From Mobula hypostoma (taxonomy: Eukaryota): 64,000 nucleotides of DNA. The stretch is from positions 5,396,001-5,460,000 of the forward strand of contig NC_086101.1 in the NCBI RefSeq assembly GCF_963921235.1, in the 5' to 3' direction. The translations under genes were made by a program, and so were the position numbers. Positions within the stretch are counted from its first letter, which is position 1. Each line of letters starts with the position of its first letter. The notes under the pieces are model-generated. The model saw only the letters and a program-made list of their open reading frames with translations. It was not told the DNA's origin and made no database searches. Below, piece after piece: positions 62,828 to 64,000 of this stretch.

Positions 62828-63094
62828 AAAAGGGGGACACACAGCAATGTTCTATCCTAGATGCTGGAGGCTGCTGTAAGTCACCGTTGTAATGCACACA
62901 AGATGCTGGAGGAATTCAGTAAATCAGGCAGCATCTATGGAAATGAATAAATAGACAACTTTTCGGGCCGGGACAAAACAACGAAGGGTGAGACACCAGC
63001 AGGAAAAGGATGGGGGAGGAGGAGGAGGACGAGGACGAGCTAGAAGGTGATAGGTGAAATCAGGTGGGTGGAAATGTAAAGGGCTGGAGAAGGA

Positions 63095-63773
63095 GGAGGA
63101 GAAGCTGGCGGCACATCACAGCTTGCGCGGCCACTCTGGTGAATGATATCTGTAATCTGTCAAGTAGGGTGCCATGCACAATCCTGATTTGATGAAGACA
63201 GACGTGAGAGAACAGAGGAACATCTGGAGAAACTTCTGAGGTGCCTTTTTCGCTGCCGCTGTTACTGTGTGATCCGGAATCTCCGGAGGGGAAGGCCCCG
63301 AATCCTCGGCTTTGCTTGTTGCTCGACGGCCGGGACGGGGGTGGAAGTGTTCGGCAGAGATGGTGCTCGGTGCTCGGTGTCAAAGGGCTGGTCAGAGGCT
63401 CAAAGTTTTCGGACGGACTCAGAGTCAGCTGTGGTCGGGTGCTTCCAATGCATCAACAGTTGTCGGTGCCTGGAGGTTTATGGTAGAGAGAGTTTCTCCC
63501 TTCTGCTGCCTGCTATCGGGGACTATCGGGAGTCGATCGGAACTTTGAGACTTTTTTTACCGTTCCCATGGTCTGCTCGTCATCAAATTCTAGTATTGCT
63601 TTGCACTACTGTAACTGTATTATAAAATTATGTGGTCTTGTCAGTGTTAGTCTTTCGTTTGTTCTGTTTTTTTTGTGATATCACTCTGGAGGAACATTGT
63701 ATCATTTCTTAATTCATGCATGCATTTCTAAATGACAATAAACGAGGACTGAGCGGCCTCATAATCTACTCTA
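63095..63773 (+). mobile_element. Non-autonomous 650-bp family copy inserted in a Penelope fragment (62895-64000, -)
   Basis: Possible 7-bp TSD agaagga; host ends in GMNIDF on the minus strand at the window edge. Confidence 0.75.
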
Positions 63774-64000
63774 AGAAGGAATCTGATAGGAAGGGAGAAT
63801 GGAGCATGGGAGAAAGGGAAGGACCATGGGAGAAAGGGAAGGACCATAGGAGAAAGGAAAGGAGAATAAGCACCGGGGGAGTGGTGGGGGGTGGGGGGGG
63901 AGTGTGAAAGGCAGGTGAGGAGAAGAAGATAGGGGAATAGAAGAAAAGGGAAAGGGAATGGGAAAAATTTACAGGAAGATAAAAATCGATGTTCATGCCA

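Overview
This is vertebrate genomic DNA. The repeat content (CR1, Rex1/Babar-like, V-SINE, Penelope-like hairpin elements) suggests a cartilaginous fish; that assignment is inference. The whole window lies inside one large minus-strand gene of the tenascin family, most like tenascin-X; no start, stop, EGF or fibrinogen exon is present. I can delimit 18 single-exon fibronectin type III (FN3) modules, labelled T1-T18 in transcription order, each with an AG acceptor and GT donor. Seventeen are intact 276-300 bp phase 1-1 exons; T15 (7866-8166) is dead, with an in-frame TGA and a +1 frameshift. Eleven exons form one highly similar subfamily produced by tandem and block duplication, with signs of gene conversion over up to 41 kb. 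The introns are dense with nested retroelements: three solo LTRs, tRNA-SINEs with target-site duplications (TSDs), and palindromic Penelope-derived mini-elements carrying minimal hammerhead ribozyme motifs. An inverted repeat brackets exon T7. Coordinates and identities were read by eye.
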